From: Narcine bancroftii
Taxonomy: Eukaryota
Direction of reading: 5' to 3'
Length of the DNA stretch: 64,000 bases
Assembly (NCBI RefSeq): GCF_036971445.1
Contig: NC_091480.1
Span: 80,786,001 to 80,850,000, forward strand
Both the position numbers and the translations under genes were made by a program. Positions 38,350 through 50,535 of this stretch are shown here, piece after piece (the first letter of the stretch is position 1; every line of letters begins with the position of its first letter). The notes beneath the pieces are model-generated. The model made no database searches, was not told where the DNA came from, and saw only the letters and a list, made by a program, of their open reading frames with translations.

Positions 38350-39390
38350 CTATGCATAGTACGGGACTGGATTTAATAAGGAGAGCTGAGATAAAGAGTT
38401 ATGAGATAGCTTTGATAAGGGAGAATCCAAGAAGATTTTATAAGTATATTAAATGTAAAAAGGGACACAAGGAAACAAATAGGTCCCTTAAGAGATGTTT
38501 ATGTGTACGGCCAGAGGAGATGAGGAAGCTCTTAAATGAATATTTTGTGAATGTGTTTACTATTGAAGGGGGTAAGCAGAAGTGAGAGGTGAAGGAGGTA
38601 ACTAAAGATAGTCGGGGACTTGTCTGCTGCAGTAGTAATATGGTATTAGGAGTGTTAAATCGTGACAGAGTGGATACATTTCTGGGCCCAGGCCAGGTGC
38701 ATCCCAAAACATTGTGGGAAAGCAGTAAGGAAATTGTTAGGGCCTTGATAGATATTTTTAACTCCTGTTAAGAACAGGAGAAGTTCCAGAGGACTGGAGG
38801 ATGGCAAATGTGGTGCCATTGTTTAACAAGGACTGTAAGCATATTCTGGCCACCTATAGTCTGACATCAGTGGTAGGGGAAATTGCTGGTCAGGATTCTA
38901 AGAGATAGAATCTATCAATATATAGATGTCCAATGGAAAATTAGGGAGAGCCAAAATGGATCTGTGCATGGAAAATTGTGTCTCATGAACTTGATGGGAG
39001 TTTTTTGAAGAGGTAATGAAGAGGGTAGGTAAGAGCAGGGCAGTTGCTGTTATTTCTATCAATTTTAGTGAAGTGTTTGATAAGGTTCCACATGGTAGGT
39101 TGGTATGGAAGGTTGCACCACACAGACTAGGAGGCCAACTAGCCAACCTGATAAAAGTGAAAGGAGTCGGAGAGAGGTTGCAGAGGGCAGTTTTTCTGAC
39201 AAGCAGTGGAGTGCCTCAGGGTTTGGGACTAGGATCCTTGCTTTCTGTAATATACATAAATTATTAGGATGAGAACATTTGTGGCAAGTTAGGTTCGCTG
39301 ATCTCACAAAAATATGCACAACAATGAAGAAAATCTACCTGCGTTTGCAAAAAGATCTGGATCAGATGGGGAACTGGGCTAAAGAATGGC
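38350..39390 (+). mobile_element. CR1-like LINE RT fragment
   Basis: ENPRRFYKYIK; FSEVFDKVPHGRLVWKV; SGVPQG..LG.LL..IYIN motifs. Confidence 0.8.
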
Positions 39391-39394
39391 GAGT

Positions 39395-40260
39395 GAAACA
39401 CAAAGTCTGCATACGCTGTGATTGTAGTCAAACTACAGAGATGCTGGAGGAACTCAGCTGGTCTCTCAGCGTTCATTGGAGGTAAAGATATATTAATGAC
39501 ATTTTGGGCCTGAGGCCTTCCTCATGGTATGAGCAGAGACAGGCATCTGCATTAAAGGCTGGGGGTTAAAAAGGGGAAGAATGAGAGGTTGGGAGATAAA
39601 GGGTATTAATTGGATATGATGAGAGGAAAGGTGAGAATTGATTTTGGCTCTGTGCAAGGAGACACAGGAAGAAAGAGAGAGACATGGGGAAAGATGGTGC
39701 GGGTGAATTCGATGTTAATGCCCATCTAGTTGGAGGGTGAGCAGATGAAAGATTAGGTGTTGTTCCTCAAATTTGCAGATGGACTCGGTATATTGGTGCA
39801 TGAGATCATGGACAGACATGTCAGTAGGGCTGTGGAATTGAAGTGGAGATCCACACTATTATGATGGACAGATTGGAGGTGATTAATGAAGCAATCTCCC
39901 AGTCTGCATCCAGTCTCTCTGATGTAGAGTAGACCACAATGGGAGCAGCAGATGCAGTAGATGACCTCTGCAGATTCACAAGTGAAATGTTGCTTCACTT
40001 GGAAGGACTGTTTGGAGCCCCAAATGGTGGTGAGAGCACAGGTGGTCACAGGGTTAGGTGGCAAGGGGTTGATTGGTGGAGAGGGAGGTGTGGATGAGGG
40101 AGTCAGAGAAAGAGAGAGCAGTCCCTGCAGAAGGCAGAGAGGGCAATACGAGTCTGATGGTGGGATCATGTAGTAGGTAGCAGACATGGCAGAGGATGGA
40201 TGTTGGATGAGTAGGCTGATGGGGTGGTAGGTGAGGAAGAGGGGAATCTAGTTCTTGTTT
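39395..40260 (-). mobile_element. Penelope-like element 3' region (GIY-YIG endonuclease remnant and tail)
   Basis: FQVKQHFTCESAEVIYCICCSHCGLLYIRETGCRLGDCF, the PLE GIY-YIG signature (VIY..C..C...YIGET). Confidence 0.8.
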
Positions 40261-40970
40261 TGCTTTTGTCCCAATTTATTTTATAGCGGGAAACTTTCCC
40301 ATATTCTTCCAATTTTAAGTGCAGCTTTTGTAACAAAGTTGATGGTTCAGTCAGATATATCAAACATCATCAGCAAATAAATTAATTTTATATTCCATTT
40401 GATTAACCCTAAATCCCTTAATATTGGGATCACACCAAATTGTTTCTGCAAGCGGTTATATAGCTAAAATAAATAAAGCTGGAGATAATGGACATCCTTG
40501 TCTACTGGGCCTAGTTAATTGAAATGGTGCAGAACTTTGTTCATTTGTTATAATTTTGGCTTTAGGGTCATTATATAATGCTCTAATCCAATTTGAAAAA
40601 ATCTGTCCTAATCCAAATCTTTCCAGCACTTTAAATAAGAAATCCCATTCGAATCTATCAAACATTTTTTCCGCATCTAGAGCCATCGCCACACACAAAT
40701 CCCCTCTCTTTTGCGCCAAGTGAATTATACTAAGTAATCTAGTTACAATGTCAGCAGATTGTCTCTTTTTAACAAAGTAGTTTTGTCAATCTATTTGCTA
40801 AAATTTTTGCAATAATCTGAATTTAACAATGAAATAGCTCTGTAGGATGATGGTTTTAATGGGTCCCTTTCATTTTTTGGTATCACAGTAATTATTGCTG
40901 TTGAAAAAGATTCTGGGAGAGTTGTGCATTTCCTATGCCTAATCTAATACCTCCATAAAACGAGGAATCA
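40260..40970 (-). mobile_element. L1/Tx1-clade LINE RT fragment
   Basis: ALDAEKMFDRFEWDFLFKVLERFGLG..WIRALY..RQGCPLSPALFILAI; YGKVSRYKINWDKS. Confidence 0.85.
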
Positions 40971-41251
40971 ATAAACATTATGGAAGGCACTGTATCTCTT
41001 TAAATTGGCAGCACAGATGAACAGTGTAGTGAAGAGAGCATTTGGGACACTTGCCTTCATTGGTCAGCCACTGGGTACAGGTGTGGGACGTCATGTTGAA
41101 ATTGTAAAAGACATTAGTGGGGCCACATTTGGAATATTGTGTACAGTTTTGGTCACCTTGCTGTAGGAAAGATATTATAAAGTTGGATAAGATACAGAAG
41201 AGGTTTACAAAGTTTTTTATTTGCTAGATCACTATTCCTTTTTCCCAGCAG

Positions 41252-41350
41252 ATACCAGAATTACAAAAAAGCACAGTTCGTATTCGGGAACCGGAGCGTG
41301 TCAGAAAAATCATCTCCTCCCTCCGTGATGGGGGAGCTTTTAAACTGCAG
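41252..41350 (+). CDS. NT5C3B: NT5C3B exon 2 (alternative NAGNAG start at 41249)
   Basis: ttttcccagcag|IPELQKSTVRIREPERVRKIISSLRDGGAFKLQ|gtgggt; homologous to the cN-III N-terminus. Confidence 0.9.
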
Positions 41351-42572
41351 GTGGGTTTATAGGAGGTGCCAATCCTCAGTTACCCCACTTAGAGGATCAC
41401 CATGAGAGCTCTGGCCACCCAGCATTTAAACAGTTCACATTAATGCCTTAAAAAAAAGAGTTGAAGCAAGCTGAGTGAATGTCTAAGAAAATGTTCTCAA
41501 CTGCCTCAGTGAACATTCAGCAGGGAGGGATGGTATTTTCTCCCACGAAAAGCCCCTCTTTAATTTGACTAATGTTGGATTTGCCTTAAGGACCAGTTCC
41601 TAATTACCCCAATGATGGGTTACAGTGATTAATGTACCCTGATTTATTGTTCATCTTTTGATCTGGACATTCCTGACAGGGTTAATTCCTTTGAAAGAGT
41701 GATGCTGAGCTACTGATATGAGACTTCAGTGAGCTCAATGAGTCCATGTATACTGTGGGTGGTTTGACTTGGAGCAGCAATTAGTCAAGAAAGCAGCTTG
41801 TCATCCATCCTGATTGGCCTCAGATAGCAGCTATGGATGCAAATCAATATTTTTACCAAGAAATATACCAACTTGTGAAGTTAGATGGCATCTGGGTGGA
41901 AATTATCCACGTGATTGTTGTTCCAAGGCTAGAGCCAGTGATAACTCCCAGCCCCAAGGATTCACTGCAGCAACTTGCCAAAGCTTCCTCAGCAGAATCT
42001 CCATCAGTCCATAATAGGAGAGACAAGGTCAGCAGGTACAGAGGCAAATCATCCCCTCTGTGACACACTATAACCTAACATGTAAGTATATCAGCCACGT
42101 TTTCGTTTGTCACTGGGTCTGAGATCTGGAACTCCTGATCCAACAGCATTGTTCATCACGCAGACTGCAACTGTTCAAGGAAATGACCACTCTCCATACA
42201 ACTGATGGCTCCTGTGCCCAAGTTCATGGAATCAAATGGACAGAGTTTCATGAGATGGATTCAAGGTCTTTTCCAGCAGGCACTACTTTGATTGTTCATT
42301 TATTCCTAGAACAGAAATTGATGAAAAAATTCAATAGCTCAGGCAGTCCTGCCTTGCTGATCTGGTGGTTAGAAAAGGCTAGGAGCTGTGGAGGGAACAA
42401 ACACCAACAGCTCCAGGAACTCAGTGGTTGAGCGACATCTGTTGGGGGAGAAAAAATTGACAACACCTTACAGTGAAGATAGCTAGTGTAAAGAGATGGA
42501 GAAGGTGAGACAGTGGCTGGTAGAGATAGGTGGACCAAGGAGGGGCTGTGGGATGATGGACAGATGGAACCA

Positions 42573-42750
42573 GGTGGTGGAGGAGGGGTGTTGGAGGAGG
42601 GGTGGTGGAGGAGGGGTGGTGGAGGAAGGGTGGTGGAGGAGGGATGGCGGAGGAGGGGTGGCGGAGGAGGGGTGGCGGAGGAGGGGTGGCGGAGGAGGGG
42701 TGGCGGAGGAGGGGTGGCGGAGGAGGGGTGGCGGAGGAGGGGTGGTGGGA
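42573..42750 (+). repeat. 14-bp G-rich minisatellite (GGAGGAGGGGTGGC)n, about 12 copies
   Basis: Read directly; perfect units in the 3' half. Confidence 0.9.
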
Positions 42751-43374
42751 GGTGAAGCAGAAGTGTAGATTTGTCAGACAGGAAAACCTTCCAAGGAAAT
42801 TAGGACTGTGAAAGAGACAAGCCTGATTGATCAGTGATGTCGTCCTGGTTCAGAGGGAGATATGAGCATGTGTCCGATGCATGGCCTCTAACTGAGAGTT
42901 TGCCATTGCACAACAACCCTAACTCACCGAGATTGATGGTGTTAGGTTGGATTGTTCAGTGTTCAGAGGGGTAGGTTACACTGAATGGGCAATGTGGAGA
43001 CATGAAGAGAGAATAGATCGAGAGAGTGTATGAAGCCTGAGGGTGGAGACGAGATGGATCAGGAATTCAAGAGATGGGAGAAAGGGTCCACAGTCTGGAC
43101 AGGTCATCTGGCCGTTCATTAGTTCTACGATTTCATGCCTTAACTATATTGGGTTTAGCGTATGTCGACTATTTGCCTCAGGTTGCAATCAGTCATCAGT
43201 CGCTCTGTGTAGCTGGGGTCAGGTGGGGTTTTGGCAGGGCATTATCCAATGTGGGAGCCAGGACAGTTTTCGGATGCTGAGTGCATGGGATGCTTTGTGC
43301 TTGAGGAAGAACTGGATCTTTGTGTCGTCTCTGTCTGATCTGCTCCTGCTGACAGGATGCTCTCTCTGTTCCAG

Positions 43375-43444
43375 ATCGTTACAGATTTCGACATGACTTT
43401 AACTCGATTCAACCACAATGGCAAAAGGAGCCCGACCTGTCATA
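43375..43444 (+). CDS. NT5C3B: NT5C3B exon 3 (HAD motif I, DFDMT)
   Basis: ccag|[24 protein letters not shown]|gtgggt; 70 nt. Confidence 0.95.
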
Positions 43445-44407
43445 GTGGGTACTGCAGACAATTTTTCCAACTGGTGTCGATGGGCTGGGGGAAGAGTCAC
43501 AGAATACAGGAGGGAGGGTGCGGTTTAATGGAACCTTGTAGGGTGGGATTTTACTCTGTATCTAACCTGTGCTATCACTGCCTTCAGGAGTGTGAATGAG
43601 ACCATAATGAGAGATCTTTCCTCTGTATCAAATCTTCTTGCAGCAGTAAATAATATTTTATCTTTATTATTAATTCGGCTTAATCTCAACCATGCAGGAA
43701 ACACGATATAAATTTCAGGCTGTGACTGACCTGACTGTTAATGAGATATTTTAAGAAGAGTTTTACTCTAAAATCTAACCCATGCTACTCCACTCTGGGA
43801 GTGTGTGAGGCAAAAGTGGAGAGAAGTTTTACTCTGATTCCAACCTGCTTTATATTTTTTCCCAGCCTTTATCCCTCAACCCTCATTCTGTGTAATTTTT
43901 TTGTTTCAAAATATCTTTATTAAAGCATCATTCAAAAAGACACTGAAGCAATGATCTCAGGAATCAGAATACAGTGCGAATGGACCCAGTGTTCACTCCA
44001 GTGAACAAGTAGTTACACTCACGGTCCTTCCCAGGGATATATGGGCAAGACTGTTGCCTTGAAAGAGAGTCAGGCAGTCAGCATAGACAGAACCTCTGAC
44101 ACCTGCTGCCCGCACCTGCCTAGCCTATGCTAGGCTGAGGTGCAGATTGACAAGGAGGTCCTTGCTGAACCTGCCCTGGCAATGTTTAATGGGATAATCT
44201 GTATCTATCCCTTGCTCTTGCAGCCCTGGGAATGTCTGATTCTATCACTGGCCCACCTTTGGTATTCAGCAGTGGATCACCCCAATGCCCGCATAACTTG
44301 CACACACAGCTCTGTAAAAGAAAGGGCATCACTTGGGTTTGTACATTTTCCCCTCACAGACAGATAAGTAATAATCTGCCTTTATTTTTGTTTTGCATTT
44401 ATTGCAG

Positions 44408-44454
44408 CAATTATTGATAACAACAAATTGATCAGTGATGAATGCAGTAAGAAG
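44408..44454 (+). CDS. NT5C3B: NT5C3B exon 4
   Basis: ttgcag|(T)IIDNNKLISDECSKK|gtaact; 47 nt. Confidence 0.92.
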
Positions 44455-44867
44455 GTAACTGATATCTCAATATTTACAAATCTTTCTCTGCTCTGGGATT
44501 GATACAGAAGCAATAGAGGAGCAGAGAATTGCTGTAGGGTCATAGAGTTGCACAACATAGAACCACCATGATGAAGCTGCCTTTTTTGCACATCGAGACT
44601 AATGCCATTTACCTCGAGACTAATGCCAGTAGGACCTTTTCCTTCTCAACCTTGCTTGTTGCAATAGGTTTTAAATGTAGTGATCGTCTCTGATTCCACC
44701 ACCTCTGCTAGCAACACGTTTGAGATGTCAACCACTCTCCGTGTAAATAAACTTACCCTTCTGATCTCCGTTATCTCACTTTAAAACCACACTGTATGTT
44801 TTTTATAGACCTAATGTGGGAGAAAAAATATTCTGTCATGCCTATCCCTGCTTATCAAAATTTTATA

Positions 44868-45387
44868 CAGGTACTCCCTGACACATGTCCGTGTTCTGTT
44901 CTCGATGACCGGTCAGATCTCTGATGGACGTATATCAGAATTCTATACTTACCTTGTTGGTCGGCGTCCCGGGGTCCATAGGCTAGGTACGGCCATCTTG
45001 GTTCCTGTGAGAATGCGCGAGTCTTTGGTAGGTGCTTGCGCGGTGTGTTTGCTTATTGGAGTTAAGTGCCCTAACTATTGAATTTGCACCCTTAACTCTC
45101 ATGCATGTGCCAACCAAACTCCAATATGTGAACTCATTGCGCATGCACCAAGCAAAGACTCATGCACGCACACAGGAATCAAGATGACCGCGCCTAGCCT
45201 GTGGACCCCGGGACGCCGACTAACAAGGTAAGAACGCTCTTGCATGCCCTGTATCCTTGTTGTAGTTTGTCAAATACAGCATAAACCGCATAAATTTTAT
45301 GTTTTCTTATATATATTTTTTCTTCAAAATTTGGTTGTATGTACAGATGGACGTAAGTCACATTGGTCACAAGTCGGGGAGTACCTG
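44868..45387. mobile_element. Tigger-like non-autonomous DNA transposon with a large internal palindrome
   Basis: TA|caggtactccctgac ... gtcggggagtacctg|TA; internal inverted repeat about 44948-45010 versus 45170-45232. Confidence 0.8.
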
Positions 45388-46597
45388 TACACCTCTGTCA
45401 TACACCTCCACTTCCTTCACACTAGGAAAAGCAAGCCCAACCCATCCAATCTTTCCTCAAAGGTAAAATTCTCCAATCCAGGCAACATCTCCAGCACAGT
45501 CATGTCCTTCTTAGTGTGGTGACTAAAACTGGACACAGTACTCCAGCAGTCGAATTTGTTTTGTAAAGATGTAACATAAAGTCACAATTTTTTATAATCT
45601 GTGTCCCAACCTATGAAACCAAATGTGCTACGTGCCTTTTTCATCACACTATTGGCTCTTGGAGAACTATGAATAGGTCCCTAGATCTCTCTGTTGGTCA
45701 ACATTCCCTGCTGCCCCACTGTTTACTATATATGCCCCACCCTGAACATCTAAGTGCTGCATTTTTATCTAATCCCCTGACCCCTCTCTCCAAACATTTT
45801 CCATGTGAATTCCTCTGCCCTGCAGACCTGAACTACATATCAGTCAATCTTGGGCCACCTAACGTTATGAAAGGAGCCTCAGATTAACCTTTAAATAACC
45901 CCACAAAGCAGTTGGATCCTGAATCTCCTAACCGCTGCATTCTGGGTTCACCTTTACCAGGTTGAGCTCAGGTACCTGGATCTGGATTTTATTTCTCGGG
46001 GAAAAATAATGCTCTTTTTCCACTGCTAACTCTTCCCGGTATTTCAATCAGATAATGTTTTGACCCCTGAAGAGGAGCCGGTTTAATCCCTCTCTGGAGG
46101 TTTCTCAAAATGCTGCCCGATTCTTAACAAAAAGTAATCTGCAGAAGGACTCAATGAGCAGCATCACTGGGGAAAAAGAACGAGTCTTGATGAAGGTTCA
46201 CGATGCGAAATGACACCTGTCCTTTTTCTGCCATGATGCTCTCGACCCGCTGAGTTCTTCCAACACATTGTTTTATTTTCCACAGACTCCAGCTCTGTAA
46301 TCCTGACACTCCCACCAGATCACTTGCACACAATCCCAAACTCTGTGCATTTTGTGTGTGTTTTTAACATCTTTTTTATGATTGTTGAATTCTATTCTCT
46401 TGTGCTTCTCTGTGATTGCATGAGAATGATACTGCACCCTTGTGTTGCATTGTCCAGCTGTGCACGTGTGGAATGTGTGTGATTATTGCCATTGTGTACG
46501 TGAAAGGGATAGTGTTGTGTACAAATGTTGTATCTGTGATTCTTTTCCATAGACTGGTAGGTTACCCGATCACAGACCACTGTCATGTATACCACCT

Positions 46598-46840
46598 TTA
46601 ATTTAGACATACAGCACAGTAACAGGCCCTTCCAGCCCATGAGCCTGTGCTACCCAAATACACCCCAATTAACATGACCTTCGTACATTTTGAAGGGTGG
46701 GAGGAAACCAGAGCCCCCAGAGGAAACCCATGCAGATATGGGAAGAACAAGCAAGCTCATGACAGACAACCTCAGATTTGAATCTGTGTTGCTGGCACTG
46801 TGACAGCATTGCACTAACCGCCACACTAACCATGCCACCC
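46598..46840 (-). mobile_element. SINE (V-SINE-like)
   Basis: tttagacatacagcacagtaacaggccc...ggaggaaaccagagcccccagaggaaaccca. Confidence 0.7.
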
Positions 46841-47404
46841 AGTACACAAAAAGCAGGAGGAGAAAAGGTGAAGGAAAATTTGTTACTTTTCAGGTGGATT
46901 GAAGTTCTCTTAATTAATGACCAAGAAAGAGAGAATTGTGATTACCAATTTAGTTATGGAAGGATTTTGTTTAGCTCATTAAAAAATAGTTGCAAGAAGA
47001 AATTCTAACATTAGAATGCAAGAACCTCAGAAGTAGGATTTGAAGGGATAAATAGAAGGTTTGGAGGGCTATCAGGACCTGGAGAGTTGGATGGCGGCAG
47101 CAAGACCAGTGCTTGTAGAAGTCTGTCATGGATCAAATACAGGTTTATGGTTGCAGAGATCTGAATCTGAAGGATGGGTGGAGGTTCTGATGGTGAACTG
47201 TGGTTGTGAAGATGTAATTTAATGGAACTTGTTTCTTTGATATGAGGACATTGTGGTGAGATCCTTCTCTCTGATCCATAGAGTGGGTTCAGTGTAAATA
47301 AGGAATAACATGTGTGTGCATGAAAACCCCCATTGTGTGTGGAAAGAGTGAACAGAACCAATTCCACAGTACTACAGAGACTAACTGTTCTCCTCTTTTC
47401 TCAG

Positions 47405-47490
47405 CTAAAGGACTTGGTCAACATCTACTACCCCATTGAGATTGACCCCACTCGTAGCATTGAGGAGAAGCTTCCATTGATGATTGAGTG
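47405..47490 (+). CDS. NT5C3B: NT5C3B exon 5
   Basis: tctcag|LKDLVNIYYPIEIDPTRSIEEKLPLMIE TG|gtaggc; 86 nt. Confidence 0.95.
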
Positions 47491-47901
47491 GTAGGCTCAG
47501 AGTTTTAAACTGATCTTCCCCTTTCCTATATTTTGAAGCAGAAATCCAGTTGATTAGGCAGGTGGGATATTGCTTGTAATCTTTCCACAGCCTTTGTAAC
47601 ATCCTCAAACCTAATTCTCCCAACATTTCTATGTTCTTCATATTCTGGTTTCTCCAACATTCCTTGATTTAACCACTCCACCAATGACAACTCTGCCTAC
47701 ATCTCTGGCTTTCCCTTCCTAAACTTCACCAATTACTTTGATTAATTTTATACTTTCCTCTTCAAGGGGTTTGTTCACCTGTGCAAAGGTGTAGGTTCTG
47801 TTCATGTTCCTGTAAAGCACCTTAGGACATTTAGCTGCATTAAAGAACTCCAGTAATTTGGACCAAAGGGCCTGTTCCTTTACTGTACATTGTTCTATAT
47901 A

Positions 47902-49424
47902 CAGCACCCTCCATAATCCTTGGGACAAAGCCATTTTTTTCCTCAATTTTTTTTCCCCCTGTGCTCCACAGTTTTAAATTTGTAATCAAACAGATTCCAG
48001 ATTTTATTAAAAGGTATTTGTGTATATTTTGGTTTGACCATGTAGAAATTATAGTTCTTTTTATACACAGTCCCCTCATATCCAGGCTCTATAATATTTG
48101 GAACATGGCAATGGTATGTATATTAAAGTAGTCATGTTTAGTACTTTGTTGCATACCCCTTGCATTCAATGACTGCTTGAAGTCAAAGTCTGTGATTCAT
48201 CGAGGTCACCAGGTGCTGAGTATCTACTCTGGTGATGTTCTACCAGGCCTCTACTGCAGCCATCTTCAGCTCCTGCTTGTTTCAGGGGCTTGTCCCCTTA
48301 AATTTTCACTTCAAGCATATGGAAGGCATGCTCCATTGGATTTAGATTGACTTGGCTATTCAAGAATTTTCCAGTTTTGGCCTTTGAAAAACTGCTTTAG
48401 CAATATGTTTGGAATCATTGTGTTGCTGTACGATGAAGCACCATTCAATGAGTTTGGAGGCATTTGCCCGAACCTGAGCAGATAAGATGTTTCTATACAC
48501 CTCAGAATGCATTTTGCTTCTGTTATCAGCAGTTACATCATGAATGAAGATGAGTGCGTCAGTACCTGGGGCAGTCGTACATGCCCAGACCATAACACTC
48601 CCACCACTATGCTTCACAGATGAGCAGCTGTGCTTTGCATCTTGGGCAGTTTCTTTACACCTCCACATTTTGCTCTTCCCATCACTCTGATACAGGTTAA
48701 TCTTGGCTTCACCTGTCCAAGGACCTTTTTCCAGAAATTCTACTGGCTCTTTTAAATGCCTCTGAGCATCCTGTCTCTGTGGCTAACCAATGGTTTGCAT
48801 CTTGAAATGTAGCCTCTGCATTTGTTTTCATGAAGTTTTCTGTGGATAGTAGTCACTGACGTATCCACACCAGCTTCCTGTGTTTCTGATCTGTCGGACA
48901 GGCATTTGGGGATTTTTCTTCATTATGAAGAGAATGTATTATCACCAGTGGAGGTCTTCCTTGGCTGACAGGTCCCTTTGTGATTAGTGAGCTCACCATC
49001 TTTCTTCTTAACGATGTTCCAAACTGTTGATTTTCGTAATCCTAAGGTTTGGGCGATGTCTCTGAAGCCTCCCAATGGCTTCTTTGGCTTTCATTGGCAC
49101 ATCTCTGGTCCTCAAGTTGAAAAATGGCAACTATTGACTCCAAATATGATCAAAAGCTTGGAAGCAAACCTAGCTCTCTTATACCTCCACCTGTGAAGCC
49201 AAATGTCCCAAACATTATAGTGCCCTGAAATGGGGGGACTATGTATAAAAAAAGTGCTGTAATTTCTACACGGTCAAACCAAAATGTACACAAATAACCT
49301 TGAATAAAATCTGGAATGTTCACTTTAATTACATGTGAATTGTTTAATTACAAATTTAAAACTGGAACAAAGGGGCAAATAAAGGAAACAAGTGTTTTTG
49401 TCCCAAACATTATGGAGGCTGTTG
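47902..49424 (-). mobile_element. Degenerate Tc1 transposon of IR/DR type, about 1.5 kb
   Basis: TA|cagcaccctccataat..gggacaaa / tttgtcccaaacattatggaggctgttg; long (about 200 bp) inverted ends; transposase remnant SVKHSGGSVMVWAC...QQHNDSKH (48360-48668); a matching terminus also at about 40973-40994. Confidence 0.88.
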
Positions 49425-50535
49425 TGGATTGAAAACAGTTGTCCTTGTATTCATTCAAATGCAAATGAGAGCAATTTTGGGACAGTGTCTCCAAATAGCC
49501 CTGTGATTGGTGTGCAATAAAGGTGCATGTTTTTAAGAGGGCCAGAAAAGTTTGGGCCTCTGGTTCCCAGTGCTCTTCTTTATAAGGGCACCCTCACCTC
49601 CTGTTTGGGTTATTGAGACTGATGGTCACCTCTCCATTCTCATTGGAACACCAGCTGTCACAGCAATAGAAGATCAAGTGGACAGATTTGGGCCTTTTGT
49701 TATTCACCAGGGTTGGGAACAGGTGGGGCAGAGGAAGAGAGGTGGAGCTCAGATCCAGTAAGAAATTGCCTCTGTGTGCTCTGTCTGTCCGACAGAACTT
49801 GGGTGGGGGGGGGGGGGGTGGTGGGTGGGGATGTGCCAGCACTGGCAATTCCATTCACACCTTCCTCCACTCGCCGCACTCATGTGGTCATATGTCTTGT
49901 ACCTGTCACGTCAGGCTCCAGAAATTGAATTCAGAAACTAGGCACACTGAAATGTGCATCCATCTTGTGATATTTTTTTTATTGTTTATTCACTTTGGAT
50001 TATCACCAATAGTCTCTTTAGATTAATTGTTGGTTATATGAGATAGGGCAGCATTTAATGCCCTGCAGAAGAAGGTGGTGAGTTGCCTCTTCTACATAAG
50101 AAGCAGGAACAAGTGGGACTTCAAGAGCTGCTCCAACCTGGGGTTTGCACTCTTCCCCCTTCAACTTCTCCATAGGTCAAGTGTCCCGTATCTCCCCTGA
50201 ATATATTCAATGACTCATATTCACAGCTCTCTGGAGCAAAGGTTCACTTCTCATCTCCAATTTAAATGGATAACCCTTATTCTGAAACTACATTCCCCAC
50301 CAGGGGAAACATCCTCTCAGCATCCATCCTGTCAATGCCCTCATTTTCCTAATTACCCATGAATATTGGCTCAAACAATTTAATCCCAGGGATCTACCCA
50401 TGGAACTTTCTCCACACTCTCTCCAATGCAAGGACATCCTTCCTTAGAATCCTAACTTGTTCGCAGTGCTCCAAGTACAGTTCCATCAGCATCCTAAAGT
50501 TAAATCTGAATCTCCCTAAGTTCATACTCCACACC

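Noticed and set aside
41833-42063. 76-aa ATG ORF in NT5C3B intron 2
   Set aside because: No recognisable homology or convincing splice context; probably decayed repeat.
42496-42811. Gly/Arg/Glu-rich ORFs in three frames
   Set aside because: Translations of the 14-bp minisatellite.
44592-44628. Short tandem duplication tcgagactaatgcca x2
   Set aside because: Ordinary 21-bp-period slippage duplication inside a repeat; no functional sign.
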